A stretch of DNA of 64,000 nucleotides from an uncultured Acidimicrobiales bacterium (GCA_964484385.1 CAZAFV010000007.1:1328-65327), one strand, 5' to 3'. Shown: positions 42,201 to 52,533, numbered from the stretch's first letter. Notes: a model not told the origin generated them from the letters alone. Numbers and translations: made by a program.

Positions 42201-43331
42201 ATGAGCGACCAAAGCACACGCAACGAGACACTGCCTCGGGGAATTCCTGACGACCGTCCCTCAGATGGCGATGACAGTGCACCCGTGTCGTTTCGCCTCG
42301 ACGAGCTCCGGCCCTGGGGCATCGCGGCGTACGTGGCGGCCGGCATGGCTGCCGACGACGCTGCAACCGTCGTCGACAACCAACTCTGGTCGGACCGGCG
42401 CGGCGTCGACACACACGGCTTCCAGCGGGTGAGCTGGTACGTCAATTGGTTCCGCGACGGCACGACTGACCCGACTGCACAGTGCGAGATCGTCACCCGC
42501 ACGCCGTCAGTTCTCGTAGCCGACGGGCATCACGGGCTCGGCCAGCTCGTGATCACCCGGTTCATGGAGCAGCTCATTGAGGCCGCCCGCGAGAGCGGTC
42601 TGGTGGTTGGCGTGATCCGCAATTCCAACGACTGGGGCTGCGGCGCGAACTACCCGTACCAAGCCGCCGAGGCCGGATTCGTCTGCTACGGCACCACCAC
42701 GTCGGTGCCGAACCTGGCACCGTTCGGCAGCCGCCGGAAGCTGTTCGGCAACAACCCGATCGTGTGGACGTTCCCCCGCCGCGCCCAGCCGCCGATCGTG
42801 CTCGACATGGCCATCACGCCCGTCGCGCTCGGCAAGGTGCTGCGGGCCCGCTCCGAGGGCTCGGAGATCCCGGTGGAGTGGGGATTTTTGGACCGCGACG
42901 GCAATCCCACGGTCGATCCCGACGTGGCGATGCGGGGCATCGTGCCGGCGATCGGCGGCTACAAGGGCATCGGCATGATCACGGCCTCGAACATCGCCGC
43001 AGGGATTCTGGGCGGCTCGGCCCACACCGGCGATGTGGCCGTGGGTCGGCGGGGGCAGTTCTTCCTGCTGATGGATCCGGGTGTGTTCCGCGACCGCGAG
43101 GGTTACTACGACGACATCGAGGACATGGTCGCCCAGATCCGCGCAGCCGGCGAAGAGGACGTGCTGCCGGGCCAGACCGTGTACCTGCCGGGCGAGCTCG
43201 AACAACTTGAGATGGATCGGCGGACTGCGGCTGGCACCGTCAGCTACCCCGCGTCGGTCGTCAGGTCGCTGGGCCGGGTCGGCAACGAGCTGGGCGTGCA
43301 GTTCGAATGCGAGCCGGTGACGTCGACATGA
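42201..43331 (+). CDS. Ldh_2 family (malate/L-lactate/sulfolactate dehydrogenase-like) oxidoreductase
   Basis: 376 aa with GVDTHGF, ...FGNNPIVWTFP... and GGYKGIGM patterns typical of the Ldh_2 family. Confidence 0.75.
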   Translation: MSDQSTRNETLPRGIPDDRPSDGDDSAPVSFRLDELRPWGIAAYVAAGMAADDAATVVDNQLWSDRRGVDTHGFQRVSWYVNWFRDGTTDPTAQCEIVTRTPSVLVADGHHGLGQLVITRFMEQLIEAARESGLVVGVIRNSNDWGCGANYPYQAAEAGFVCYGTTTSVPNLAPFGSRRKLFGNNPIVWTFPRRAQPPIVLDMAITPVALGKVLRARSEGSEIPVEWGFLDRDGNPTVDPDVAMRGIVPAIGGYKGIGMITASNIAAGILGGSAHTGDVAVGRRGQFFLLMDPGVFRDREGYYDDIEDMVAQIRAAGEEDVLPGQTVYLPGELEQLEMDRRTAAGTVSYPASVVRSLGRVGNELGVQFECEPVTST

Positions 43332-44503
43332 GCGACAAGATGCTGGCGCTGGCGGCGGAGTGGATTCCGACGCTGCGGGAGCGCAGCGTTGAGATCGACT
43401 CGTTGCGGCAACTGCCGCAGGACCTGGCCGAGGCGCTGGCGGCCGATGGCTTCTACCGGACGCTGGTGCCGCCCGAACTGGGCGGGTTGGGGCTTCCACC
43501 GGCGGTGGTCGCTGAGATCGGTGAAGTGCTCGCCAGGGGCAACGCCTCGGCAGCGTGGTGCACGTTCATCGGCGCAACCTCGCAGATCATGTTCGCCGCG
43601 CTCGAGCCGGCCCAGCTCGCAGAGTTGCTGGAGAACCCCGATGTCATCACGGCCGGCGTTTTCGCACACTCGGGGACAGCCACGGCTGCACGCGGGCCCG
43701 ACGGCGACGACGGGTACTTGGTGAGCGGGCGCTGGGCATGGGCCTCGGGTTCGCACAACGCGGCGTGGATCTCCGCAGGCGTGCAGATCGTCGATGGCAA
43801 TGCAGCTGATCGCGGTGGCGACGGCCCCCAGTCGGCGCTCGGCCGGGCGTTCTTCCGGCCCGACGACATCGAGCTGCACGACGACTGGTACACCAGCGGG
43901 CTGCGCGGTTCGGGTTCGAGCACGTTCGAGGCTCACAATGTCTGGCTGCCTGCATCGCGCATCGCCTACGAGCGCTCGATCCTGAAGTCGTCGTACGCCG
44001 CTGAGCCGCTGTACCGCATGCCGCTGTTCGGCCTGCTGGCGCTGCCCATCGGCGCGATCGCGCTGGGGATGGCCCGGGCGAGCGTGGACGAAGTGATTGA
44101 CGTCGCCGGGTCGAAGGTGCCCCAAGGCTCGCGCCGCACCCTGGGTCAGCGACCGGCGCTGCACTCGGCCGTGGCAGTGGCAGACACTGAGGTGCGGGCG
44201 GCCCGGACGCTGCTGTACGCGTGCATCGATGCCGCGTGGGAGCGCGCGCAGCACGGCTTGTCCGATTTGGAACTGCGCCGTGACCTGCGCACCGCAACCA
44301 CCCATGCGATGCAGACCAGCCTGCGAGTGATCAGCTCGATGAACTCGGCCGTCGGCGGCACGGCGGTGTTCGAAGCATCGCCACTGCAGCGTCACCTTCG
44401 TGACGCCCAGACCGCCTCGGCTCACTTCATGGTCGCGATGCCGGTGATGGAGTTGGCCGGCCGCACCTTCTTCGACCCCGACGCCGACACCTCCGGCCTG
44501 TAG
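43328..44503 (+). CDS. acyl-CoA dehydrogenase-fold flavoprotein (possibly monooxygenase-type)
   Basis: ATG 43328 overlaps the upstream stop (ATGA). It has the ACAD N-terminal, middle and C-terminal layout (...VSGRWAWASGS..., ...RDAQTASAHFMV...). Confidence 0.75.
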   Translation: MSDKMLALAAEWIPTLRERSVEIDSLRQLPQDLAEALAADGFYRTLVPPELGGLGLPPAVVAEIGEVLARGNASAAWCTFIGATSQIMFAALEPAQLAELLENPDVITAGVFAHSGTATAARGPDGDDGYLVSGRWAWASGSHNAAWISAGVQIVDGNAADRGGDGPQSALGRAFFRPDDIELHDDWYTSGLRGSGSSTFEAHNVWLPASRIAYERSILKSSYAAEPLYRMPLFGLLALPIGAIALGMARASVDEVIDVAGSKVPQGSRRTLGQRPALHSAVAVADTEVRAARTLLYACIDAAWERAQHGLSDLELRRDLRTATTHAMQTSLRVISSMNSAVGGTAVFEASPLQRHLRDAQTASAHFMVAMPVMELAGRTFFDPDADTSGL

Positions 44504-44521
44504 ACCGTCGGCCAGCAGCGC

Positions 44522-46204
44522 TCAGTCGTCGCGACGGCGCTGGTGGGCGGGGAGCGGGAACGTGATCGGGATGAGTGCGGTCTGGTCGATATCGATCAGT
44601 GACGGTCCCACGGGGCCTGATTCGCCGCTGGCACGGGCCACCGCGTCGCCGAAGGCAGAGTCGAACTCGGCGACGCTGCGCACGCGCTGGGCGGGCACGC
44701 TCATGGCCTCGGCCACCGCGACGAAGTCGATGCCGCCGATCTCGGTGCCGTGGTGGGAGTCCCAGAGCGCGTCCTGGATGATGCGCAACACGCCGTAGCC
44801 GCCGTCGTTGAAGACGCACACGATGACGGGCAGGCCGTGCTCGGCGAGCGTCGAGATCTCTCCGACCGACAGCATCAGCCCGCCGTCGCCCTGAATCACG
44901 ACGGTCGGCTGGCCGGAGGCGAGCGCCGCACCGACGGCCATCGGCACGCCGGGGCCGATGGCGGCATTGGCCGCCCGGATGGACGTGCGCGGCGCCACGA
45001 TCGGCAAGAGCCGGTTGCCCCACATGTACCCGGGCACGGTGGTGTCACGAACGATGCGGGCATCATCGGGCAACATCCGGCGGATTGCGTCGCAGATCGC
45101 CGCGTGGTCGGGTCCGATCTCGTCCCGCATCGCCTCCATGTCGGCCGAACGGTGCTTGCGGGCCCGCTCGACGTAGCCGTCGTCGATGGTGGGCGCCCCA
45201 TCGCCCAGCCGTTCGAGCAGACCGGCCAGGCTGAGCTTCGCGTCCCCCACAACGGCCAGCGACGCCGGGTAGTTGAGACCGATCACGCCAGGGTCAGCGT
45301 CGAGATGGATCAGCTCGTCGGGCAATTGCAGCGCCCACACCCGGGTCGCGTAGTTCTGGAACCGGGTGCCCACGGCCAGCAGCAGGTCAGCCTCGGCGAA
45401 GACGTCGGCCATCTGGGGACGGTCCGAACGGAAGCCCAGCGACAGCGGGTGCAGTTCGCTCAGGGCACTGCGGCCCTCGATCGTCGTCACCACCGGCGCA
45501 CCGAGCCGCTCGGCCAACGCAGTGAGCTCGGCTGAGGCATCGGCGCTGACGACGCCACCGCCCGCCCAGATGAGCGGCCGCTGCGCGCTGGCGAGACGCT
45601 CGGCTGCGTCGTCGAGCAGCGATGCATCCGGTCGAATGCGGGGCACCTCGGGCGAGCCGGTTATGGGCCCGTCGCCGACCTTGGCGTACTGGAAATCGAT
45701 CGGAATTTCCACAGCGCCGGGCTGGGGGCGACCGGTGCGGATGTCGTCGGCGACACGGGCGATCTCGGCAGAGATCTCGCCGGGATGCCGCACGGAGGCC
45801 ACGCTGCGACACACCGAGCGAAGCATGTCGGCCTGCTGATCGTTCTCGTGCAGGAAGCCCTTCCCTTTGCCATAAAACCGTGACTCCGTCTGGCCGGTCA
45901 CCATCAGCACGGCCGAACTGGTGAACGACGCCTCGTAGAGGCCGGGCACAGCATTGGCGGCGCCGGGGCCGGTGGAGGTGAGCAGCACGCCCATCTCTCC
46001 GGTGGCGCGGTAGTAGGCATCCGCAGCATGTGCAGCCGCCTGCTCGTGGCGGACCTTGACGACCTCGATGTCGTCGCGCACCGACAGCGCCTCATACATC
46101 GGCAGGTTGTGCACGCTGACGATCCCGAACACGTGCCGCACGCCCAGGCGCGCCAGCGTCGCCGCGACGGCCTCGCCCCCGGTCATTTCACTCATGGCAG
46201 TCAC
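44522..46204 (-). CDS. thiamine-pyrophosphate-dependent enzyme (acetolactate-synthase-like)
   Basis: 560 aa. The N-terminal TPP-Pyr domain has GGEAVAATLARLGVRHVFG. The C-terminal TPP-binding motif is GDGGLMLSVGEISTLAEHGLPVIVCVFNDGGYG. Confidence 0.85.
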   Translation of the reverse strand: MTAMSEMTGGEAVAATLARLGVRHVFGIVSVHNLPMYEALSVRDDIEVVKVRHEQAAAHAADAYYRATGEMGVLLTSTGPGAANAVPGLYEASFTSSAVLMVTGQTESRFYGKGKGFLHENDQQADMLRSVCRSVASVRHPGEISAEIARVADDIRTGRPQPGAVEIPIDFQYAKVGDGPITGSPEVPRIRPDASLLDDAAERLASAQRPLIWAGGGVVSADASAELTALAERLGAPVVTTIEGRSALSELHPLSLGFRSDRPQMADVFAEADLLLAVGTRFQNYATRVWALQLPDELIHLDADPGVIGLNYPASLAVVGDAKLSLAGLLERLGDGAPTIDDGYVERARKHRSADMEAMRDEIGPDHAAICDAIRRMLPDDARIVRDTTVPGYMWGNRLLPIVAPRTSIRAANAAIGPGVPMAVGAALASGQPTVVIQGDGGLMLSVGEISTLAEHGLPVIVCVFNDGGYGVLRIIQDALWDSHHGTEIGGIDFVAVAEAMSVPAQRVRSVAEFDSAFGDAVARASGESGPVGPSLIDIDQTALIPITFPLPAHQRRRDD

Positions 46205-46317
46205 TCACCTCGGGCCTCGCTCATCGCACGCACGGTAGCCCTGCGGTGGCGCCAGCCGCCCGGCGTGCAGCACGGCGCGGATTCGGCGCCGATGCCGACC
46301 GCCGCCGGTCTGATGGA

Positions 46318-46902
46318 TCAGGCGTCGAGGCTGAACGGCGGGTACTGATCGGTCAGCAGGTGCAGATACGCGTTCATGCGCAGGTTCACGCCAAACCACG
46401 AGACGACCCACCCGCGCATTCCGTCGGGCCATCGGCCGGTGAACAGCACTGCGAAGAAGCCGAGCACGACCAGAACCGCTGTGATGAGACCGGTGACCGC
46501 CGTGAACACCACGGCCGGAATCACCAAGATCAGCCGGAACGCGACCGTGAGCCGGTTGCGGTCGGTGAGCTGAGGCTCGATGTCGACGGCGACCGGAGTG
46601 CCTCCGGGCTCGGGTGCAGACATGTCGAACTCGAACGGTGGGTAGCGCTCGTGCAGAAAGTCGAAGTAGGCGTACAGCCGGATGCTGTAGCGGAGGTACA
46701 TGGACTGGAAGTCGGCCAAGCCCTTGGGCATCTTGCCGGTGAACACGATGGCGATCCAGCCGAACACGTTGAGCAGCCACGCGATGTGCTGCAGGATCTC
46801 GAAGATGATCAGGTGCGGAATCAGCAGCAGCCAGTGCACCAAGGGTCGCCAGTTGGCGATCCGCTCCGGTGACTCGACGGTGACGGAAGCCGGGTAAGCC
46901 AT
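46318..46902 (-). CDS. DUF4389-like membrane protein
   Basis: 194 aa with RIANWRPLVHWLLLIPH...FTGKMP...ERYPPF repeated twice within the protein. This matches my recollection of DUF4389. Confidence 0.7.
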   Translation of the reverse strand: MAYPASVTVESPERIANWRPLVHWLLLIPHLIIFEILQHIAWLLNVFGWIAIVFTGKMPKGLADFQSMYLRYSIRLYAYFDFLHERYPPFEFDMSAPEPGGTPVAVDIEPQLTDRNRLTVAFRLILVIPAVVFTAVTGLITAVLVVLGFFAVLFTGRWPDGMRGWVVSWFGVNLRMNAYLHLLTDQYPPFSLDA

Positions 46903-46968
46903 GCCGCCGAACCTACTTGGAGGCTCGGAACCCTCCGGGCATCGCCCGGCGAAGGGCGGGGGTTGGGC

Positions 46969-47553
46969 CTATTCGGCGGTGCTGAAGGGCGGGTACTTGT
47001 CGGTCAGCATGTAGATGAAGGTCAGGTAGCGCGCGTGGACCCGGTAGAACCCGATCACCAAATCGCGCATGCCTGCAGGCCAGCGGCCGGTGAACAGGAT
47101 GATGAAGTAGGCGATCGTCACCACTGCGACGACGAGATACGAGTAGACGGTGACGAAAACGATCTGCGGTAACCCGTAGATCGGACGGAACAGTGCTGCC
47201 AGACGATTGCGGTTCCCCGGCTCCACTTCGACATTCACCGCCACCGGCGAACCGCCCGGATCCTCTGCCGACGAAGGGAAGTCAAACGGCGGGTACTGAT
47301 CGTGGATGATGTGCACGAACGACAGCACACGGGGGTAGTAGCGGATGTACATCACCTGGAAGCTCGCGATGCCTGCGGGCACCTTGCCGGTGATGACGAC
47401 CGCGAGCATGGTCACGATCGCGAGCAGCCAAGCCACTATGTGAAACACGGCGAGGATCACGAAGTGCGGGATCAGCATGATCCAGTGGACCAGCGGACGC
47501 CAGTTCGCCACGCGCTCTGAGGGTTGGACGGTAAGAGACGCTGGATAGCCCAT
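46969..47553 (-). CDS. DUF4389-like membrane protein (tandem paralogue)
   Basis: Same length (194 aa) and colinear with 46318-46902 (MGYPASLTVQPSERVANWRPLVHWIMLIPH...). Confidence 0.7.
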   Translation of the reverse strand: MGYPASLTVQPSERVANWRPLVHWIMLIPHFVILAVFHIVAWLLAIVTMLAVVITGKVPAGIASFQVMYIRYYPRVLSFVHIIHDQYPPFDFPSSAEDPGGSPVAVNVEVEPGNRNRLAALFRPIYGLPQIVFVTVYSYLVVAVVTIAYFIILFTGRWPAGMRDLVIGFYRVHARYLTFIYMLTDKYPPFSTAE

Positions 47554-47712
47554 ACCCCGAACCTACTCGCACCCTCGGCGGAGACTGTGACCCATTCGAC
47601 GATGGCAGGCGCTCTACACAGCGACGAACGGAGCCGTCCCGCCGTGCTCGGCCGAAGGGAATCCAAAAACCTGTGGACCCGCACGTCGCCGTGCCGATTG
47701 AATGGGCAGTTC

Positions 47713-49116
47713 ATGCTCGTCTCGCTGACCTCGACGACACCTGATGCGACCGATCTGGGATTCCTGCTGCACAAGCATCCCGACCGGCTGCGATCGGTCG
47801 ATGTCGGCTTCGGGCGCGCCCATGTCTTCTACCCCGAGGCGACGCCCGACCGCTGCACGGCCACGCTGTTCGTGGAAGTGGATTCGTTCGCAGCGTCCAA
47901 GCGGCACCCACGACGGCAGTCGTTCCATCTGGGAGGACTCGAGCCCTACGTGAACGACCGGCCGTACGCGGCATCGTCAATGCTGAGCGTCGCCATCGGC
48001 CGGCTGTTCCGAACCGCGCTGGCCGGCACGTGCGATGCCCGGCCCGAACTCGTCGATCGGCCGCTCGATCTCGCCGTCGAGCTGCCGGCGCTGGGGGTGC
48101 GGGGAGGGGCGGATGTGCTCCGGCGGCTGTTCGAACCGCTGGGCTACGACGTCGAGTGCGCCCCCATCCCGCTCGACACGCAGTTCCAAGACTGGGGCGA
48201 CAGCCGCTACTGCTCGGTCCGGCTGGCGGGCCAGCACACCGTCCGCCGCACACTGGAGCATCTCTACGTGATGCTGCCGGTGCTTGACGACCGCAAGCAC
48301 TACTGGATCGGCCCCGACGAAGTCGACAAGCTGATGCGGCGCGGAGGCGAGTGGCTGGCCACCCATCCCGAGTCGGACCTGATCACACGCCGCTACCTGC
48401 GCTTCGGCACCCTCGCCCGGGAGGCGCTGGCGCGCCTCGCTGAAGCCGGCGAGGACGTCGAACGGGCCGACCAGCGCAATGACGACGCGGAGCAGGCGAA
48501 CGAGCGCCGAATGAACCTGCGGGAGTTGCGTCTGGATGCGGTTATGGACGCCGTGCGGGGAGCGGGCGCCGGGCGAGTCGCCGACCTAGGTTGCGGCGAA
48601 GGACGGCTGTTGCAGCGGCTCATCGACGAACCTGCCGTGACAGAGGTGCTCGGCATGGACACTTCGATCGGGGCACTCGAACGTGCCGAGCGGCGCCTCG
48701 GTCTCGATGAGATGTCCGAGCGTCGACGGGAGCGCATCTCGCTGGCACAGGGCTCCCTCACCTACACCGACGAGCGCCTGCGCGGCTTCGACGTGGTCAC
48801 GCTGGTGGAAGTCGTCGAACATCTCGATCTCGAGCGCCTCGACGTGTTCGCCGATGTCGTGTTCGGCCGCGCCGCCCCTTCGGCGGTCGTTCTGACGACG
48901 CCGAACCGCGAATACAACGTCAGCTTCGAACACCTCGGCCAGTCCGGGCTGCGCCATGGCGACCACCGCTTCGAATGGACGCGCGGCGAATTCTCGGCGT
49001 GGGCAGGCACCATCGAGGACCAGTACGGCTACGGCTGCGAGATCAGCGGCATCGGACCTGACGATCCCGCGTGCGGGCCGCCGACCCAGATGGCGGTCTT
49101 CCGCCGGGCACCGTGA
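47713..49116 (+). CDS. hen1: bacterial Hen1, 3'-terminal RNA ribose 2'-O-methyltransferase
   Basis: ATG 47713. The N-terminal MLVSLTSTTPDATDLGFLLHKHPDR... is typical of bacterial Hen1. The C-terminal SAM-binding motif is VADLGCGEGRLL and ...VTLVEVVEHL follows. It lies adjacent to pnkp. Confidence 0.85.
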   Translation: MLVSLTSTTPDATDLGFLLHKHPDRLRSVDVGFGRAHVFYPEATPDRCTATLFVEVDSFAASKRHPRRQSFHLGGLEPYVNDRPYAASSMLSVAIGRLFRTALAGTCDARPELVDRPLDLAVELPALGVRGGADVLRRLFEPLGYDVECAPIPLDTQFQDWGDSRYCSVRLAGQHTVRRTLEHLYVMLPVLDDRKHYWIGPDEVDKLMRRGGEWLATHPESDLITRRYLRFGTLAREALARLAEAGEDVERADQRNDDAEQANERRMNLRELRLDAVMDAVRGAGAGRVADLGCGEGRLLQRLIDEPAVTEVLGMDTSIGALERAERRLGLDEMSERRRERISLAQGSLTYTDERLRGFDVVTLVEVVEHLDLERLDVFADVVFGRAAPSAVVLTTPNREYNVSFEHLGQSGLRHGDHRFEWTRGEFSAWAGTIEDQYGYGCEISGIGPDDPACGPPTQMAVFRRAP

Positions 49117-49126
49117 GCAGCGTCCG

Positions 49127-51670
49127 ATGAGGCCCACGCTGACCGAGATCGAGATTGCCGAACCGGGGCTGGTCGTGCTGTGCGGCGCGTCGGGATCCGG
49201 CAAGTCCACCTTCGCCCGGCGGCACTTCGCTTCCACCGAGGTCGTGTCAAGCGACCAGTGCCGGGCCATGGTCGGCGACGACGAGACCGACCAGACCGTC
49301 ACTGCCGAGGCCTTCGACCTGCTGCACACGATCGTGCGCAAGCGCCTCGAGATCGGTCGCCTCACCGTCGTCGACGCCACCAATACCAAGCCGCCCGACC
49401 GCAAGGCGCTAGTTGAGATTGCTCGCCGGGCCGACCTGATGGTCACGGCCATCGTCTTCGACCTGCCGCTCGCATGGTGCGTTGAGCGGAACAGTTCACG
49501 CGACGACCGCCAGACGCCGCGCCATGCCATCAAGCGCCAGCACGAAACACTGCGCCGCAATGCCCGGCGCCTGCGCAAGGAGGGCTTTGCCCGCGTCCAC
49601 ACGATCGGCACTGCCGACGAGCTGGACGCGGTGGGCATCGTGCGCACCAGGCTCTGGTGCGACCGCCGAGACGACGTCGGGCCATTCGACATCATCGGCG
49701 ACGTTCACGGCTGCCACACCGAGCTCGTCGAGCTGCTCGACCGCTTGGGCTACGACGTCGCCGCGCGCCCTATCACCCACCCGGACAATCGACGGGCGGT
49801 GTTCGTGGGCGACCTTGTCGATCGTGGGCCCGGCGTTGCCGAGGTGCTCGAGGTGGCCATGTCGATGGTCGATTCCGGCAGCGCGCTGTGCATCGCGGGC
49901 AACCACGAGAACAAGCTGGGTCGAGCCTTGGCGGGACGGCAGGTGCAGATGACGCACGGGCTGGCCGAGTCGCTCGCCCAGCTCGAGCAGCGCAGCGCCG
50001 CCTTCCGCGATCAGGTGGCCTCATTCGTCGGCGGGCTCATCAGCCACTACGTGCTCGATGGCGGCCGCTTGGTGGTCGCCCATGCGGGCCTTCCCGAGCG
50101 GTACCACGGGCGGGCGTCGGCTCGTGTGCGAGACATCGCGCTCTATGGCGACACTGACGGCGAGAGCGACGAGTACGGCCTGCCGGTCCGCTACCCGTGG
50201 GCCGCCGACTACCGCGGCGACGCGGCTGTGGTGTACGGCCACACGCCGGTGATGGCCGCGGAGTGGGTCAACAACACGATCTGCGTGGACACCGGCGCCG
50301 TCTTCGGAGGCGAGCTGACCGCGCTGCGCTGGCCCGAGCGCGAGCTGGTGTCTGTACCGGTGGCCGAGGTGTACTACGAGCCCATCCGACCCCTCAACGC
50401 CGAGCCTCCCGCCGAGGATCGGGCACACACCGCACTCGACATCAGCGATGTGGCGGGCAAGCACATCGTGGACACGTCCCTCGCCGGCCGCGTGACGATT
50501 GAGGCCGAGCAGTCCAGCGCTGCGCTGGAGGTGATGAGCCGCTTCGCCGTCGATCCCCGCTGGCTTGCCTACCTACCGCCCACGATGGCACCGGTCGCCA
50601 CCAGCACCCGTGACGGGTACTTGGAGCATCCCTACGAGGCCTTTGCCTACTTCCAGCGTGCCGGCGTGCGCGAGGTCGTATGCCAGGAAAAGCACATGGG
50701 CTCGCGGGCCGTGGTGGTGATGGCACGCGACGCGGGTGCCGCAGAGGCCCGGTTCGGCATCGTCAACGAGGCTGGTGGCGTCATCGTGACCCGCACCGGA
50801 CGGGCGTTCTTTGCCGAACCCGCGGCGACTGCTTCACTGCTGGCACGACTGCGTGCTGCGGCCGAACGCACCGGGCTGTGGGATCGCCTCAAGACCGACT
50901 GGCTGGTGCTCGATGCCGAGCTGCTGCCGTGGTCGGCGAAGGGCGCCGAGCTGATCCAGGGCCTGTACGCCTCGATGGGTGCAGCGGGCACAGCAGCCTT
51001 GGGCACAGCGAGCAGGCTGATCGCCGACGCATCCGAGCGCGGCGTAGCGCTCGACGATCTGGCATCCCGCACTGTCGAGCGGGCTTCCCATCTCGAATCG
51101 TTCATCGACGCATACCGGCAGTACTGCTGGGACACCGACGGGATCGAGGGTGTCGAGATCGCACCGTTCCAGATCTTGGCAGCACACGGCGAGGTGCTCG
51201 CCCGCCGTCCGCACGCGTGGCACCTCGACGAGGTCGATGCGCTGATTGCCGAGGCTCCCGATGTGCTGCGTCGCACCGATCGCCGGCACGTCACGATCGA
51301 CGACGCTGCGTCGATGGCCGATGCGACCGACTGGTGGCATTCGATGACCGAGCGTGGCGGCGAGGGCATGGTGGCGAAGCCCGCCGATCCCGTCACGGTC
51401 AGCGACAAGGATCTCGTGCTGCCCGGCGTCAAGTGCCGCGGCCGGGAGTATCTCCGCCTCATCTATGGAGCCGAGTACCTGGCGCCAGCGAACCTGCAAC
51501 GGCTCCGCCAGCGATCGCTCAAGCGCAAGTCGTCACTGGCCCGGCGGGAATTTGCGCTCGGCATCGAGGCCCTTGACCGATTCGTAGCCAATGAGCACCT
51601 GTCGCGAGTGCACCAGTGCGTGTTCGCCGTGCTCGCGTTGGAGAGCGAACCCGTCGACCCCCGGCTCTAG
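49127..51670 (+). CDS. pnkp: polynucleotide kinase-phosphatase/ligase Pnkp
   Basis: 847 aa from ATG 49127. The kinase P-loop GASGSGKST lies at 49184-49210. The metallophosphoesterase motifs are GDVHGC...GDLVDRGP...GNHE. The C-terminal nucleotidyltransferase (ligase) motif is CQEKHMGSR. Confidence 0.9.
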   Translation: MRPTLTEIEIAEPGLVVLCGASGSGKSTFARRHFASTEVVSSDQCRAMVGDDETDQTVTAEAFDLLHTIVRKRLEIGRLTVVDATNTKPPDRKALVEIARRADLMVTAIVFDLPLAWCVERNSSRDDRQTPRHAIKRQHETLRRNARRLRKEGFARVHTIGTADELDAVGIVRTRLWCDRRDDVGPFDIIGDVHGCHTELVELLDRLGYDVAARPITHPDNRRAVFVGDLVDRGPGVAEVLEVAMSMVDSGSALCIAGNHENKLGRALAGRQVQMTHGLAESLAQLEQRSAAFRDQVASFVGGLISHYVLDGGRLVVAHAGLPERYHGRASARVRDIALYGDTDGESDEYGLPVRYPWAADYRGDAAVVYGHTPVMAAEWVNNTICVDTGAVFGGELTALRWPERELVSVPVAEVYYEPIRPLNAEPPAEDRAHTALDISDVAGKHIVDTSLAGRVTIEAEQSSAALEVMSRFAVDPRWLAYLPPTMAPVATSTRDGYLEHPYEAFAYFQRAGVREVVCQEKHMGSRAVVVMARDAGAAEARFGIVNEAGGVIVTRTGRAFFAEPAATASLLARLRAAAERTGLWDRLKTDWLVLDAELLPWSAKGAELIQGLYASMGAAGTAALGTASRLIADASERGVALDDLASRTVERASHLESFIDAYRQYCWDTDGIEGVEIAPFQILAAHGEVLARRPHAWHLDEVDALIAEAPDVLRRTDRRHVTIDDAASMADATDWWHSMTERGGEGMVAKPADPVTVSDKDLVLPGVKCRGREYLRLIYGAEYLAPANLQRLRQRSLKRKSSLARREFALGIEALDRFVANEHLSRVHQCVFAVLALESEPVDPRL

Positions 51671-51681
51671 CCCTGCAATCG

Positions 51682-52533
51682 CTACGCGGCGACGAGGGGG
51701 AACTTCTCGTTGTCGCCAGGATACTCGCCGGCGACCGAGGTTGTGTCGTCGTCGCCCACGATGGGATCGCACCCCGCATGCGGGTACCACACCGCGTCGT
51801 CGCCGAGCCAGCGGGTGGACAGCGCCACGCGCCGGTGGTCGCCGGCATTGCCCGGCGAGCCGTGGATGATCCACGACGAGAAGAACAGCGCATCGCCGGG
51901 CTCGACGTCGAAGCCGACGATGTCGTACGCAGCCCGGTCGGCCTCGACATCGGGCATCTTCTCGCCCTCGAAGTCCGCCATGAAGCCCTTCTTGCCGTCG
52001 AAGGACTCGGGTGCGTAGTAGGCGTCCCAGCTGTGCGAACCTCGCACAAACTCGAGCGAGCTCTCCGCCACGGTCACCGGCGTCATCGCCACCCACGCCG
52101 AGCAGATCTGCTTGCCCAAGAAGGGCCAGTAGGGGATGTCCTGGTGCCACGGCGTGGGATTGGCAGTCCGCGGCTCCTTGATGAGCAGGTGATCGAAGTA
52201 GAAGCGGGCAGTGTCCGAACCCATCAACGCCGCGGCCATTTGCGCCATGCCCGAGTTGAAGACGAAATCACCGATGACCGGGTCGATCTCCCACCGGTAC
52301 CGGCTCGTGAACAGCCGGTTCTCCGGCGCTCCTGGATTTGTGTCTGACACCCACTTGCCGGGCTCGCGCAACTGCTGGTCGGCCACGTCGAGCACCCGTT
52401 CGACCCACGCGTCCGACACCGCATGGGTCACCTTCACCACGCCGTCTGCCGCGAACACCGCCTTGTGCTCGTCGGTGATGCGCTCGGCGGCATGCGAGCT
52501 GGCCTGGATCGGGTGGCCGTAGGGGCGACTCAT
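51682..52533 (-). CDS. phytanoyl-CoA dioxygenase (PhyH) family Fe(II)/2-oxoglutarate oxygenase
   Basis: 283 aa with a WHQDIPYW metal-ligand region and a downstream ...HGSPGN... segment. Confidence 0.8.
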   Translation of the reverse strand: MSRPYGHPIQASSHAAERITDEHKAVFAADGVVKVTHAVSDAWVERVLDVADQQLREPGKWVSDTNPGAPENRLFTSRYRWEIDPVIGDFVFNSGMAQMAAALMGSDTARFYFDHLLIKEPRTANPTPWHQDIPYWPFLGKQICSAWVAMTPVTVAESSLEFVRGSHSWDAYYAPESFDGKKGFMADFEGEKMPDVEADRAAYDIVGFDVEPGDALFFSSWIIHGSPGNAGDHRRVALSTRWLGDDAVWYPHAGCDPIVGDDDTTSVAGEYPGDNEKFPLVAA

